From the NCBI GenBank assembly GCA_963699925.1, contig CAVOVT010000007.1, positions 441,008-505,007 on the forward strand: a stretch of 64,000 nucleotides of DNA. Reading direction: 5' to 3'. The position numbers and the translations under genes are program-made. How positions within the stretch are numbered: position 1 is the first letter of the stretch; each line of letters opens with the position of its first letter. Source of the stretch: an uncultured Gammaproteobacteria bacterium. GTDB taxonomy: Bacteria > Pseudomonadota > Gammaproteobacteria > Steroidobacterales > Rariloculaceae. Below the pieces are notes generated by a model, which was given only the letters and a program-made list of their open reading frames with translations, was not told where the DNA came from and searched no databases. Below are positions 1-10,431 of this stretch, in pieces.

Positions 1-549
1 CGCCGCGTGCTCTTCGATCCAGAACGACCAAGAACGGCTCGCGTGCTACGACCGAGCGACGCGCAGCGCGCCGCGGGCGGAGCCGGCGCCGCAGGCGACC
101 CCGGCGCCGGTCCCGGCACCCGCGCCGGCCTCGGCGACGTCTGCGGCCGCGCGGCGCAGCAGCGGCCTCGGCGACGTCTGCGGCCGCGGCCCGCAGCGCC
201 GCCCGCGGCCGCGACGTCGTCGTCGACGATCAGCACCGCTCCGCACAGCCCACGCAATACGCAGCCGCCGACGCCGCCTCCGCCCGGCGCGCCGCCGAGC
301 TTCGATCCGAACACCGGAGCGCCAACCGCAGTCTTCCCCGTCGTCGTGGTGAGCGCTCGCGCGCGGCCCGGCCTCGGAACCGAGTTCACGACCGACACCG
401 CCGGCGTCTGGGTCCAGACTGAAGCGAAGCCGTTGACGTTACCGAAGACGCCGTTCGACGCGAAGCTCCAGCCCGGGACGTTCGGCAGCACGTTCCTGGT
501 CCTGCCGGAGAGCAAGCTCGGCATCCGGGTGCGCTCGCCGAACAAGTAA
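1..549 (+). CDS. hypothetical protein, 3' part (Ala/Pro-rich linker plus small C-terminal domain); 5' end outside the window
   Basis: ORF 7..549 ends in a globular-looking segment (VWVQTE...LQPGTFGSTFLVLPESKLGIRVR); upstream part is low complexity and probably frameshifted. Confidence 0.5.
   Translation, partial: RRVLFDPERPRTARVLRPSDAQRAAGGAGAAGDPGAGPGTRAGLGDVCGRAAQQRPRRRLRPRPAAPPAAATSSSTISTAPHSPRNTQPPTPPPPGAPPSFDPNTGAPTAVFPVVVVSARARPGLGTEFTTDTAGVWVQTEAKPLTLPKTPFDAKLQPGTFGSTFLVLPESKLGIRVRSPNK
126..188. repeat. 26-bp direct repeat CGGCCTCGGCGACGTCTGCGGCCGCG (126-151 and 163-188) inside a low-complexity linker
   Basis: exact repeat read from the sequence. Confidence 0.7.
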
Positions 550-627
550 GGGCGAGACCCGGCTCGGCGCCGCCCACGTCGACCCGTCCGGCCGACGTAC
601 GGCGCTAGTTCGACGCGTGCGGCACTG

Positions 628-1717
628 CTAGCGCTTGCCGAGGTGCTCGTCGAGCCGGCCGAGATCGCGAAGGTCGCGATAGTAGCTGTCGGGATCGCAC
701 GCGGACTGCTCGCCGATATCGACGATGATCGTCGCGCGCCGAGCCGCGTTTACGCACGAGCGGCTGCGTGTAGTACGGGTCGTAGATCGTGATCGTGCGC
801 TCCATCGATAGCTTGTCGGCGCTGAAGTCGTAGCGCTCGACGACGCGCGTGCCTTCGCCCTTCATCGGCAAACCGGAACCGTCGAGCCAGCCCGGCGCAA
901 GATGCGTCGTCTCGATTACGAGCGACGTGCCCTCCCAATGCCCGACCGAGAAGCCGAGCGACGAGGCGGTCGTGTCCGCCGGCGCGCTGCGGCCGTCCAT
1001 CCAGACGCGCCGCGGCGTGTTGTGCTCGGTGTAGATGAAGAGGTAGTGATTGCCCGCGTCGACGACCTCCATGTCGTACGGCGAGCCGATCAGCCGCGGC
1101 AGCCCGAGCGGCAGGCAGCGCAGCGCCGCGTCTTGCCAGTGATCGTTCGACTCGAACACGCGCCGGCCTTCGGCGGTGAACGGCGTCGGCTTCGGCTCGA
1201 GATCGTCGACCGTCAAATGCCAGTGGTACTTGTTGCGCCACGGCCCCGTGATGTCGACGGGATAGCTCGCACGCGGGGCTCCGTAGCCGTACGTCGTGCG
1301 CGTCGCGTGCACCTGGTTCGGGTCGGGGCCGGTGCTGTCGCGTCCGGTCGCGAGCTTCGAGCCGTCGGCACGCACGATCGAGCGCACGTAGAGCTTCTTC
1401 GCGCCGTCGCGGCCGAGCTGTCCGGATACGGTCACGACGTCGCCAGCCTTCAGCGTACTCGCGTTCCAGCCGAGCGCCTGCAGGGCCGTGATGCTGGACG
1501 CCTGCAGGTCCCAGTCCTCGGTCGAGCCGTCCTTCGCTTTGGTCGTGAGTCGGTAGCGGACGTGCGGGTTGTTCCACCAGACCTGCGCGATCTCGCCCTT
1601 GAGCTCGGCCGTGGCGTTCTCGTCGAACTCGGCCGCGAACGAGTGGTGCGCGCTCGCGGGCGCGGCCGCCGCGATGGCGAGACCTATGCTTGCAAGCAAC
1701 CCGAGCCGTCGGACCAT
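628..1717 (-). CDS. secreted DUF6152-like domain fused to two-Cys partner domain (frameshift near 720)
   Basis: signal peptide ending ASA|HHSFAAEFD, WNNPH; C-terminal half has CLPLGLPR..PY and GHWEGTSLVIET; alternate frame ends DIGEQSACDPDSYYRDLRDLGRLDEHLGKR* at 628. Confidence 0.8.
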
Positions 1718-1904
1718 GCGTCCCCCGCGCTTTGCTCAAGGATACGCGCGTTGGGCCCGCGCGGTCAGCACATTGCGTGCCGCGGAAGCGGGTCGAAGAG
1801 CCCGTTGCCCGCGGCGGCGGCGTTGTTGCAATCTCGCATCCGAACTGGATAGTACTTCGAGAAGGCCGCACGAGACGGCCGCACGTCAACGGGGGATCGC
1901 GATC

Positions 1905-4005
1905 ATGCCAAGCCATTGCCGGGTGCCCGTCACCGCTCCTTTCGCCACGCTCGCCTTGCTGCTCGCCGGCAGCGCCCACGCTCAAGCGCCTGCGATCGAC
2001 GCGGACGACATCGGTGGCGTCGTCACGAGCTCGAAGGGCCCCGAGGCCGGCGTCTGGGTGATCGCGGAGACGAACGCGTTCCAGACTCGCTTCGCGAAGA
2101 TCGTCGTGACCGACGACGCGGGTCGCTACGTGATCCCCGACCTGCCGCCGGCTAACTATCAGCTCTGGGTTCGCGGCTATGGGCTCTCGGACTCGGACAA
2201 GACCGCGGCGAAGCCCGGCGCGGTCGTGAACCTCACGGCGAAAATCGCGGCAACGCCCGCCGAAGCGGCCAAGGTTTATCCCGCGATCTACTGGTACTCG
2301 ATGCAAAAGCTGCCGAGCCCGAGCGAGGTCTCGAAGCTGCCGGGCGGCGTCGATCAATACGTCGCGTCGATCAAGAACCTCTCGTGCATCGGCTGTCATC
2401 AGATCGGCCAGCTCGCAACGCGCACGTTGCCGGCGCAATTCGGCCACGGCATGGAAGGCTGGGTGCGAAGGATCCAGTCCGGCCAAGCCGGCCGCGACAT
2501 GCTCGCGTCCGCGATGAACCAACTCGGCGGCGTGCCGCCGAAGTACCTCGGCGACTGGACCGACCGCGTCGCGGCCGGCGAGCTGCCGCACGCGCAGCCG
2601 CCGCGGCCGCACGGCGTCGAGCGCAACGTCGTCGCGACCGTCTACGACTGGGCGACGCCGACCGCGTACATGCACGACTTGAGCGGCACCGACAAGCGCA
2701 AACCGACCGTGAACCCGTACGGCAAGCTCTACGGCGCGCCCGAGCTCAGCACCGACGACTTCCCGATCCTCGATCCGAAGACGATGACTGCCACGTCGCT
2801 GCACGCCACGGTGCGCGACGCCGACACGCCGACGACCAAGAGCACGCCGCCGCAGATGGCGTCGAATTACTGGGGCGAGCGAGCCGATCTGGGACAGCAA
2901 AGCGAACGCGCACAACCCGATGCTCGATGAGACCGGCCGCGTCTGGTACACGGCCGTCGTGCGCGCGCCCCAGACGCAGCCCGCGTTCTGCAAGGCGGGC
3001 TCGGATCATCCGTCCGCGAAGCTGTTCCCGCTGAACCAGTCGGGGCGCCAGCTCGCGGTCTACGATCCGAAGACCGCGAAGTACACGTACATCGACACGT
3101 GCTACTCGACTCATCATCTGCAGTTCGCCGAGGACGCGAACAACACGCTCTGGACGAGCGGCGGCGGCCCGGTCGTCGGCTGGCTGAACCGCAAGGTGTT
3201 CGACGCGACCGGCGACGCGGAGAAGGCGCAGGGCTGGACCGCGCTGATCTTGGACACGAACGGCAACGGCAAGCGCGACGAGGGTTACACCGAGCCCGGG
3301 CAGCCGCTCGATCCGACCAAGGACGCGCGGATCAACGCGGCGTTCTACGCGATCATGCCGAGCCCGCTCGACGGCTCGATCTGGGGCTCGACGTACGGCT
3401 ATCCGGGCTCGATCGTGCGTATCGACCTCGGCAAGAACCCGCCCGCGACCGCGATCGCCGAGGTCTACAACGTGCCGAAGCCGGGCTTCGGCTCGCGCGG
3501 CGCCGACATCGACCGCAACGGCGTCGTCTGGGTGTCGCTCGGCAGCGGCCACTTGGGCTCGTTCGACCGGCGCAAGTGCAAGGGCCCGCTCAACGGCCCG
3601 AAGGCGACCGGCGATCAGTGCCCCGAGGGCTGGAGCCTCTATCGCTATCCGGGCCCGGGCTTCGAGGGCCGTCCCGACGAGAGCGCGGAAGCGAGCTATT
3701 ACAGCTGGGTCGACCAGCACAACGCGTCGGGTCTCGGCGCGAATACGCCGATGTCGACCGCGAACCTCGGCGACGGCGTCAATGCGCTCGTGAATGGCGA
3801 GTTCGTGACACTGCGGCTACCGTATCCGCTCGGCTTCTACACGAAAGGCTTCGAGGGCCGCATCGACGATGCTAACGCGGGCTGGAAGGGCCGCGGGCTC
3901 TGGGTGCCGAGCGGCGACCGCACGCCGTGGCTCAAGGAAGGCGGCAAGGGCACGAAGCCGCTCGTCGTGCACTTCCAGATCCGACCGGATCCGCTCGCGA
4001 AATAG
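1905..4005 (+). CDS. secreted protein: carboxypeptidase-regulatory-like N-domain, monoheme CxxCH, Vgb-like beta-propeller (frameshift near 2880)
   Basis: ORFs 1569..2930 and 2920..4005; GPEAGVWVIAET, TDDAGRYVIPDLP, CIGCHQ, repeated G-x-VW propeller blades. Confidence 0.75.
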
Positions 4006-4031
4006 CTCGCGAACGCTGAACGAGCCCGGGG

Positions 4032-4847
4032 CTAGAGTCCGGCGGGGCCTTTGAGGTGCTCGACGTCCTGGTTGTTCTCGTTGCAGATGTATTCCATCAG
4101 GTCCCAGCCGGGCCGCAGCGTGGCCGTGAATTTCACGGTGAACGGCTTCTTGTACGCGCCGGGATCGGTGATCGTGACGACGTTCTCGAGCGTCGCGGCG
4201 TCCTTGCGCGTATAGCGCTCGACCGTCTGCAGCTGCGTCGTGTGCGGGTGGCCGACGAAGTCGAACCAGAACTTGTCGTTGAAGCCGACCGTCTCGATCA
4301 CGAGCGTGTCGCCTTCCCAGTGGCCGATCGAGTGGCCGTACCAGGTCGGCTCGAGATCGTCGGGATGGCCGCGGCCGTCGACGAAGATCTGCCGGTAGCT
4401 GTGGATGTTGCCCTCGAACAGGAAGTACAGAATCGTCGCGTCGCCGTAGCTCGGCGTTTGTAGGATTCGCCACGGATACGGCGCGACCCGCGGCACGCCG
4501 GTCGGCAGGCAGCGCGCCTCGGGATCCTCGGACGATAGCCGGCTCTTCATGAGCTTCTCGGCTTCGGGCAGCATCACGATCTCTTCGCCGGGCAGCAAAC
4601 CCTCTTTGATGTCGCCGATCGGACCGCCGCCTTGCCATACGCCGGAGAGATCCGGCTTGCCGTTCGGCAAGCGCGGCGCGGGACCCTTCGGCTTTTGCGC
4701 CGCCAAGCGCGGCATTGCTCGCGCTGCCGCTGCCTGCGGGCGACGTGGCCGCGGCCGGCGTCGGCTGCGCGAGCGCTTGGAAGCTCGAGAGCGCTCAGCA
4801 GCGACGAGCGTGGCGAGGGGCATGCACGGGCTGCATAGGAAGGGCAT
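4032..4847 (-). CDS. DUF6152-associated two-Cys partner protein (N-terminus frameshifted)
   Basis: PDLSGVW, DPEARCLPTGVPR, PYP, GHSIGHWEGDTLVIETVGFND, MEYICNENN. Confidence 0.75.
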   Translation of the reverse strand: MPFLCSPCMPLATLVAAERSRASKRSRSRRRPRPRRPQAAAARAMPRLAAQKPKGPAPRLPNGKPDLSGVWQGGGPIGDIKEGLLPGEEIVMLPEAEKLMKSRLSSEDPEARCLPTGVPRVAPYPWRILQTPSYGDATILYFLFEGNIHSYRQIFVDGRGHPDDLEPTWYGHSIGHWEGDTLVIETVGFNDKFWFDFVGHPHTTQLQTVERYTRKDAATLENVVTITDPGAYKKPFTVKFTATLRPGWDLMEYICNENNQDVEHLKGPAGL

Positions 4848-4858
4848 CGCTCATCGGC

Positions 4859-5254
4859 TCAGGCTCCGCCGTCGGCGGCCGCGCGCGCGAACACGCGGCT
4901 GCCGTTCGCGAGCGTCACGACGCGCGCGTTGGCCATGTTCGCGCCGCTGCGCGCGAGCGAGCCCTCGACGGTCACGACGTCGCCTTCCTTGAGCGAGTTG
5001 CTCGCCCAACCTGCCGCTTCAGAACGTTCGGGCTCGCGAGCTCGAGGTTCCAGTTCGTCGTCTGGCCGTCGTCGCCCTTCACGTCGATGTAGAACCGCGC
5101 GTGCGGGTTCGTCCACTCGACCTTCGTGACCTTGCCCGTGAGCGTGACGGGCTTCGCGGCGTCGTACTCGCGCCGCGAACGAATGGTGCGCGAGCGCGGG
5201 CGCGGCCGCGACGAGCGACGCGCACGCGAGCAACGAGATCATCTTGATTGGCAT
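4859..5254 (-). CDS. DUF6152 family secreted protein (frameshifted)
   Basis: ALA|HHSFAA; alternate frame VEWTNPHARFYIDV; GW...LKEGDVVTVEG. Confidence 0.8.
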   Translation of the reverse strand: MPIKMISLLACASLVAAAPALAHHSFAARVRRREARHAHGQGHEGRVDEPARAVLHRREGRRRPDDELEPRAREPERSEAAGWASNSLKEGDVVTVEGSLARSGANMANARVVTLANGSRVFARAAADGGA

Positions 5255-5313
5255 CGACCCCCCTTCGGCGCAGAGCGCAGGGAAATGCTAGCCGAAGCCC
5301 CGCGGGCAGTCGA

Positions 5314-5910
5314 TCATCGCGGCCCTGCTCCGCGCATCGCGTCGTCGACTCGGGCCCGAAGCTCCCGCTCGTCCACCCCGAGCGCGACGGCCTTGCGCAC
5401 CGCGTCCTCCGCGGCGTCCGCATCGCCCATGAACCCATAGGACTGCGCGAGCAGGACCCACCCCGAAGCGTCGTCCGGATGGGCCGCGAGGCGCTGCTGG
5501 AGGCCGCCGATCAGCGACGAGATCGGAGCCGCGGGCGCCGCCGGTCCCGGCGCGTCCGGAAGCGCGGTAGCTATCTCCGGGGGCTTCACGCCGGCGACGC
5601 CCGACGGCGACGCGGGCCAAGCGATGCTCTGCAGCGCCGCGAGCCTCGGCTCGACCTCCGCTTCGCCGGCTCGGTCGATATGCGCCTTCAAACCGACGCC
5701 CACGACCCACGCGACGAGCACGAAGGCGCCGAGCCAGCTCCGGAGCCTGAGCCGCCTGCGGCTCGCGAGCCAGAGCGAGACCGCGACGAACGCGCTCGCC
5801 AGCAGGATCACGCCGACGAGCACTTGGTCCTCCGACTCGATCTGAAAAACGCCGTGTGCATCGCGGCTAGGGTCCGACGAACGCCATGCCGACGCGCGGA
5901 CGCCGTTCAC
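5314..5910 (-). CDS. membrane-anchored TPR protein, CcmI/CycH-like (start uncertain, possibly near 5861)
   Basis: two hydrophobic helices followed by RLAAHPDDASGWVLLAQSYGFMG, resembling the CycH/CcmI TPR; directly downstream of a multiheme cytochrome. Confidence 0.6.
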   Translation of the reverse strand: MNGVRASAWRSSDPSRDAHGVFQIESEDQVLVGVILLASAFVAVSLWLASRRRLRLRSWLGAFVLVAWVVGVGLKAHIDRAGEAEVEPRLAALQSIAWPASPSGVAGVKPPEIATALPDAPGPAAPAAPISSLIGGLQQRLAAHPDDASGWVLLAQSYGFMGDADAAEDAVRKAVALGVDERELRARVDDAMRGAGPR

Positions 5911-5934
5911 ATACTCGGGCTTGCTTGCAGGCGT

Positions 5935-7554
5935 TCAATGCGCGGCGAGTCTCGCGGCCGCGGACGCGAGCGGGATGGCCGAGCCGGCCGCGCTCTCGGC
6001 GTAGTAGCGGACGAAGCGCTGCGTCTCGGCCGCGTCGTACGCGCGAAGATTGTCGGCCCAACGGAAGCCGATCGATTGGTATAGCAGCGAGACCTCGACA
6101 TGCAGCGCCGACGCACGCTCGCGGCCGAGGTCGACCTGATACGACACGCGATCGCCGCCGCCGACGAAGTCGGGGTCTTGCGCCGCATCGCCGTGCACGG
6201 CGACGTCGGCGTCCGCCGTCGCCTTGTCGAACCCATGCGGCAGCAAACGGTTGTCCTTCGCGTAGCGCTCGCCGCGCAGCAGTCCCGTCGTCGGCCGCCC
6301 GTCCCGGTCCACCATGATCGATTCGTAGATCTGCACCTCGTCGGCGCGCGTAATCTCGCGATGGTGCGGCTCGAACTTGAGTGGATCCTCGTCGTTGTCG
6401 TTGCCGGCGATCGAGCCGTCGGCCCGTGCCGCGCCCGAGTCGAACAGCACGGAGCCCGCGTCGTCCGTCACGCGCACGTGCAGCCAGGCACGCCGTGCGG
6501 GATACGCGGTCGGCAGCTTGTGCCCGCCGAGGTTCTCGACACGGACGTCGAACGCGAGCGTGCGGCCCGCAACCTTCGCCGACTCGATCGCGACGCGGGC
6601 GGCGGCGGAGCCCAAGTAGGCCCTCGTCTCGCGAATCCCAGCGTCGAGCTCTTGCGGCAGCGCGGCAACGCCGAGCTCGCCGCGGTACTTGTTCAGAATT
6701 CCGAGAATGAACGCGTTGCCGCCGCGGAACGTGTGTTGCGCGAGCGGCGGACGCGAAGCGCCGAAGATCGACGCAACGGGACCGTCCTCGCCGACTTTCG
6801 GCATGTGGCAGTCCTGGCAAGTTCGCGTCTCGCGATAGTCGCTGTGCCGCCACTCTTGATAGGGCACCTGCTCCGGCAACTCGCCGCTCACCTCGCCTCG
6901 CTCGTCGAGCGTCTGCGTGAAGAGCGTGTGGCAAGTCGCGCAAAGCTCCGCCTGGCGCACGTGCGCCGACTCGGTCGACTGGAACTGCGTGGCCGAGCGC
7001 ATCACCGACGCGCGTCCCGCGTCCACGGTATGCGGGCCGTACACCGCCCGCTCGCCGAGCGCCGTGCCGCGGTCGATCTCGAATCGGCCGTCGAAGCTCG
7101 CATCGGTGCCGAGATTCGGGGCAGTAATCTGATGACATACGGTGCAGGACACGCCGTCGAACGCTTCTCGATGCGCGGGCGCTGCGGGCGAGATGTTCGC
7201 GAACACCTGCCCGTGCTCGCCGTGCGTGACGGCGTCGAAGCGTGCCATCGGCATGTGGCAGGTCGCGCACTGGTCCTCGATCGCGCTCTGCGCGCTCGGA
7301 TGGTCAATGACCTCGCGGCGCACGCCGGCATGCCAATAAGGATCGCGCGCCGAGTTCGCCATGATCGTCGAGCGCCAGTCGTAGCCGATGGAGACGTCGT
7401 CGCCAGACGAGGTGTGGAGTCCACTGTGACACGCGATGCAGCGGTCCGACGTGACGAAGGCCGTCGTGGCGGCGGGCTCGCGATGGGCAGCGGCGGGCAG
7501 CACCGCGAGCGCCAAGATCGGAACGCAAACGATTCGCAACCGCATGATTTGCAA
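5935..7554 (-). CDS. pentaheme c-type cytochrome, exported
   Basis: signal peptide; five CxxCH motifs (CIACH, CATCH, CTVCH, CATCH, CQDCH); GHKLPT..P.RRAWL motif. Confidence 0.85.
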   Translation of the reverse strand: MQIMRLRIVCVPILALAVLPAAAHREPAATTAFVTSDRCIACHSGLHTSSGDDVSIGYDWRSTIMANSARDPYWHAGVRREVIDHPSAQSAIEDQCATCHMPMARFDAVTHGEHGQVFANISPAAPAHREAFDGVSCTVCHQITAPNLGTDASFDGRFEIDRGTALGERAVYGPHTVDAGRASVMRSATQFQSTESAHVRQAELCATCHTLFTQTLDERGEVSGELPEQVPYQEWRHSDYRETRTCQDCHMPKVGEDGPVASIFGASRPPLAQHTFRGGNAFILGILNKYRGELGVAALPQELDAGIRETRAYLGSAAARVAIESAKVAGRTLAFDVRVENLGGHKLPTAYPARRAWLHVRVTDDAGSVLFDSGAARADGSIAGNDNDEDPLKFEPHHREITRADEVQIYESIMVDRDGRPTTGLLRGERYAKDNRLLPHGFDKATADADVAVHGDAAQDPDFVGGGDRVSYQVDLGRERASALHVEVSLLYQSIGFRWADNLRAYDAAETQRFVRYYAESAAGSAIPLASAAARLAAH

Positions 7555-7592
7555 GCTTTTTGCGAGGCGTGGCGCTCACTATACTGCGCGCC

Positions 7593-8717
7593 ATGCCCCG
7601 TACAACCGAGCTTCGGCGCGTTTCTGTCGCGAGCACGGTGCTTGCCTCGATCGGCGCCGCACTGATCGCGTTCGGCACGGCGGCCGCCGAGAAGCCCGAC
7701 GGCGCGCGACTCTTCGACGCCGACTGCGCCGCGTGTCATGCGAGCGACGGACGCGGCCGCAGCTCGGCAGAGGTCGGGTTCGACCTGCCGCTGCCGAACT
7801 TCACCGACTGCAGGTTCGCTACGGCCGAGCCCGACAGCGATTGGTCCGCGATCATTCATCGTGGCGGCCCGCAGCGCGGTTTCGATCGAATCATGCCCGC
7901 GTTTCAAAACGCGTTGTCCGACGAAGAAATCGACGCGCTGATCGATCATCTGCGCAAGTTCTGCACGAATCCGCGCTGGCCGCGCGGCGACCTCAACATT
8001 CCCCGCGCAATGTTCACCGAGAAGGCGTTTCCGGAGGACGAAGCCGTCGTGACGATGACCGTCGTGACCGACGGGCCCGACTCGTTCGAGAGCGAATTCT
8101 CGTGGGAGCAGCGGATCGGGCTGCTGAGCCAAATCGAGGTGAGCCTTCCGATCGAGCGCGCCGATCTCGGCGATCCGACGGGCTGGAAGACCGGCGCGGG
8201 CGACCTCGCGATCGCGTTCAAGCACGTGCTCCATCACGATCTCGAGCGCGGCTCGATCCTGAGCGTCGGCGTCGAGGTCGCGCTGCCGACCGGCGACGAG
8301 ACGAACGGCTTCGGCACCGGCACGACGGTGCTCGAGGCTCGAGTTATGTATGACAAGCTGCTGCCGCACGACTCGTTCCTCGAGGTGCAAGGGCTCGCGC
8401 GCTTTCCGCACGATTCGGAGCTCGAGAACGAAGCCGAGCTCCGGATGGCGTTCGGCCGAACCTGGACTCAAGACGGCGGCTTCGGACGGGCCTGGACGCC
8501 GATGCTCGAGGTGCTCGGCCACCGGGAGCTCGTCGGCGGCGCCGAGACCGAATGGGACGTCGTGCCGCAGTTCCAGGTCACGGTGAGTGCGCGTCAGCAC
8601 ATCATCGCGGCCGTGGGCTGGCGAATGCCGGTCACGCAGCGCGACTCGCGCGTGAACGAGCTCGTGTTCTACCTGCTATGGGACTGGTATGACGGCCGCA
8701 TTCTCGAGGGGTGGTGA
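7593..8717 (+). CDS. monoheme cytochrome c fused to probable outer-membrane beta-barrel
   Basis: signal peptide, CAACH, distal Met in IMPAF; C-terminal ~230 aa of amphipathic strands ending VFYLLWDWYDGRILEGW. Confidence 0.7.
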   Translation: MPRTTELRRVSVASTVLASIGAALIAFGTAAAEKPDGARLFDADCAACHASDGRGRSSAEVGFDLPLPNFTDCRFATAEPDSDWSAIIHRGGPQRGFDRIMPAFQNALSDEEIDALIDHLRKFCTNPRWPRGDLNIPRAMFTEKAFPEDEAVVTMTVVTDGPDSFESEFSWEQRIGLLSQIEVSLPIERADLGDPTGWKTGAGDLAIAFKHVLHHDLERGSILSVGVEVALPTGDETNGFGTGTTVLEARVMYDKLLPHDSFLEVQGLARFPHDSELENEAELRMAFGRTWTQDGGFGRAWTPMLEVLGHRELVGGAETEWDVVPQFQVTVSARQHIIAAVGWRMPVTQRDSRVNELVFYLLWDWYDGRILEGW

Positions 8718-8847
8718 CGGCCCTCGGACCGGCATGCCATGGCGCGCCACGCGGCGCTACCATTAAGGCGGTGTTCAGCTCACATCTATTAATGTCGCAT
8801 CCGGTACGGGGAAATCTCGGTTTGACACCGAGTCCCACGGAGGCGGA

Positions 8848-10395
8848 TATGGCAACTCGAGCGAACCTAGCAGTTGGGATCATCGGATCCACGGCGAAGG
8901 CCGTGATGTGGGTCGCACTGGCTGCGCTGGCACTGGGAGCCTTTGGCGGTTATGCGTTTGCACAGGAGCCCGCAGCGGCGGCGAACGACAAGGTGCTCAC
9001 GAAGGACGAGCTCAATGCGCTCGTCGGCAAGATCGCGCTCTATCCGGACGACCTCGTCGCAATCGTGCTGCCCGCGTCGACCTATCCGCTCCAAGTGGTC
9101 GAGGCTGCGCGCTTCCTCGAGGAGCGCAAGAAGGACGCGAGCCTAAAGCCGAGCGACAAGTGGGACGACTCCGTCGTCGCACTGCTGAACTATCCCGAGG
9201 TCGTGAAGCTCATGAACGACGACCTCGACTGGACGTGGAAGCTCGGCGACGCCGTGATCAACCAGCGCGGCGAGGTGCTCGATGCGATTCAGGGCTTCCG
9301 CGGTCAGGCCGCGGCCGCTGGCAACTTGCACACCGACGAGCACCAGGTCGTGCAGAACGACGACCAAGGCGAGGTCTCGATCAAGCCGGCCGACCCGCAA
9401 GTCGTGTACGTGCCGTACTACGACCCGCAGCAGGTCGTCGTTAGCAGCCGTCGCCCGTCTACTCCTACTACCCGTATGGCTATCCGCTCTACTATTACCC
9501 GTATCCGTACGGTTACCCGTTCGCCGCCGGCTATTTCTGGGGCGTGACGACCGCGTTCGTGATCGGCTGGCACAGCCACTACGTGCACGTCGTGCACTGC
9601 GGCTATCCCGGCCATCCGTACTACGGCCACTCGTACTACGGCGGTTACTACACGCGCCACGACGCGAGCCCGGCCATGAGCCATGGCAACTATGTCTGGC
9701 AGCCGCACTATCGCGCGGGCGGTCAGCCCTTCACTCGCAGCGACGGCCGACAGCTCGCGATCGCGCATCGCAACGCGAACACGGGCGGAGCGCCGAGCGG
9801 CTACCAGAACCGCGGTCCGGCGAGCGCGGGCTTGCACGGCAATCGCCCGGCCGTGGGGGCGAACGGAGCGCGCGAGGGCATGAAGCAGATTCAGCCGATT
9901 CGAAACGATGCGCCGACTCAGGCTGCCCTCCGCAACGAGCCCGCCGCGCACGGCGGTATGAAGCAGATCCAGCCGGTCCGCAACTCGCCGACTCAAGCCA
10001 CGATCCGCGACGAGCTACGCGCGCATGCGCCTAACCAGACGGCGTACACGGGGCCGGGCGCGGCCGGGGCCCACGCGACCCTGCCGGCGGCGCCTGGCGG
10101 ACGCTATCAGGCTCCGAATCAGAGCATGGCATTCCGGACCTCGCCGCAGGTCGGCTCGCCACAGTTCCACGCGCCGCAGATCAGCCCACAGGCCCACAAT
10201 GCGCCGCAAATGCGTGCGATGCCGATGCCGAGCTCGCCGGCGACGAGGGCGATGCCGCACGAAGGCGGCGCTAGCTACGCCTATCGCTCACCGTCAATGT
10301 CGATGCCGCGAACGGGGCACGCGCCCGCGGCTCACCCAGGCGGCGCGGCGCACGGTGCGCAGGGTCATGGCGGCGGCGGACACGGCTCCCGCTGA
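8848..10395 (+). CDS. DUF3300 domain protein with long disordered C-terminus (frameshift near 9445)
   Basis: IALYPDDLVAIVLPASTYPLQVVEAARF, WDDSVVAL..YPEV, VVYVPYYDP. Confidence 0.8.
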
Positions 10396-10431
10396 TCTTC
10401 TTCGACGGACCCGCGCGCGCGAGCTCGCGGG

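Noticed and set aside
126-188. Direct repeat as a CRISPR array
   Set aside because: Only two copies with an 11-bp gap, inside an Ala-rich coding linker; no cas genes
7593-8717. Calling the cytochrome-barrel fusion Cyc2 (iron oxidase)
   Set aside because: It lacks the Cyc2 N-terminal signature and has a full class I cytochrome domain with a shorter barrel; only the architecture is analogous
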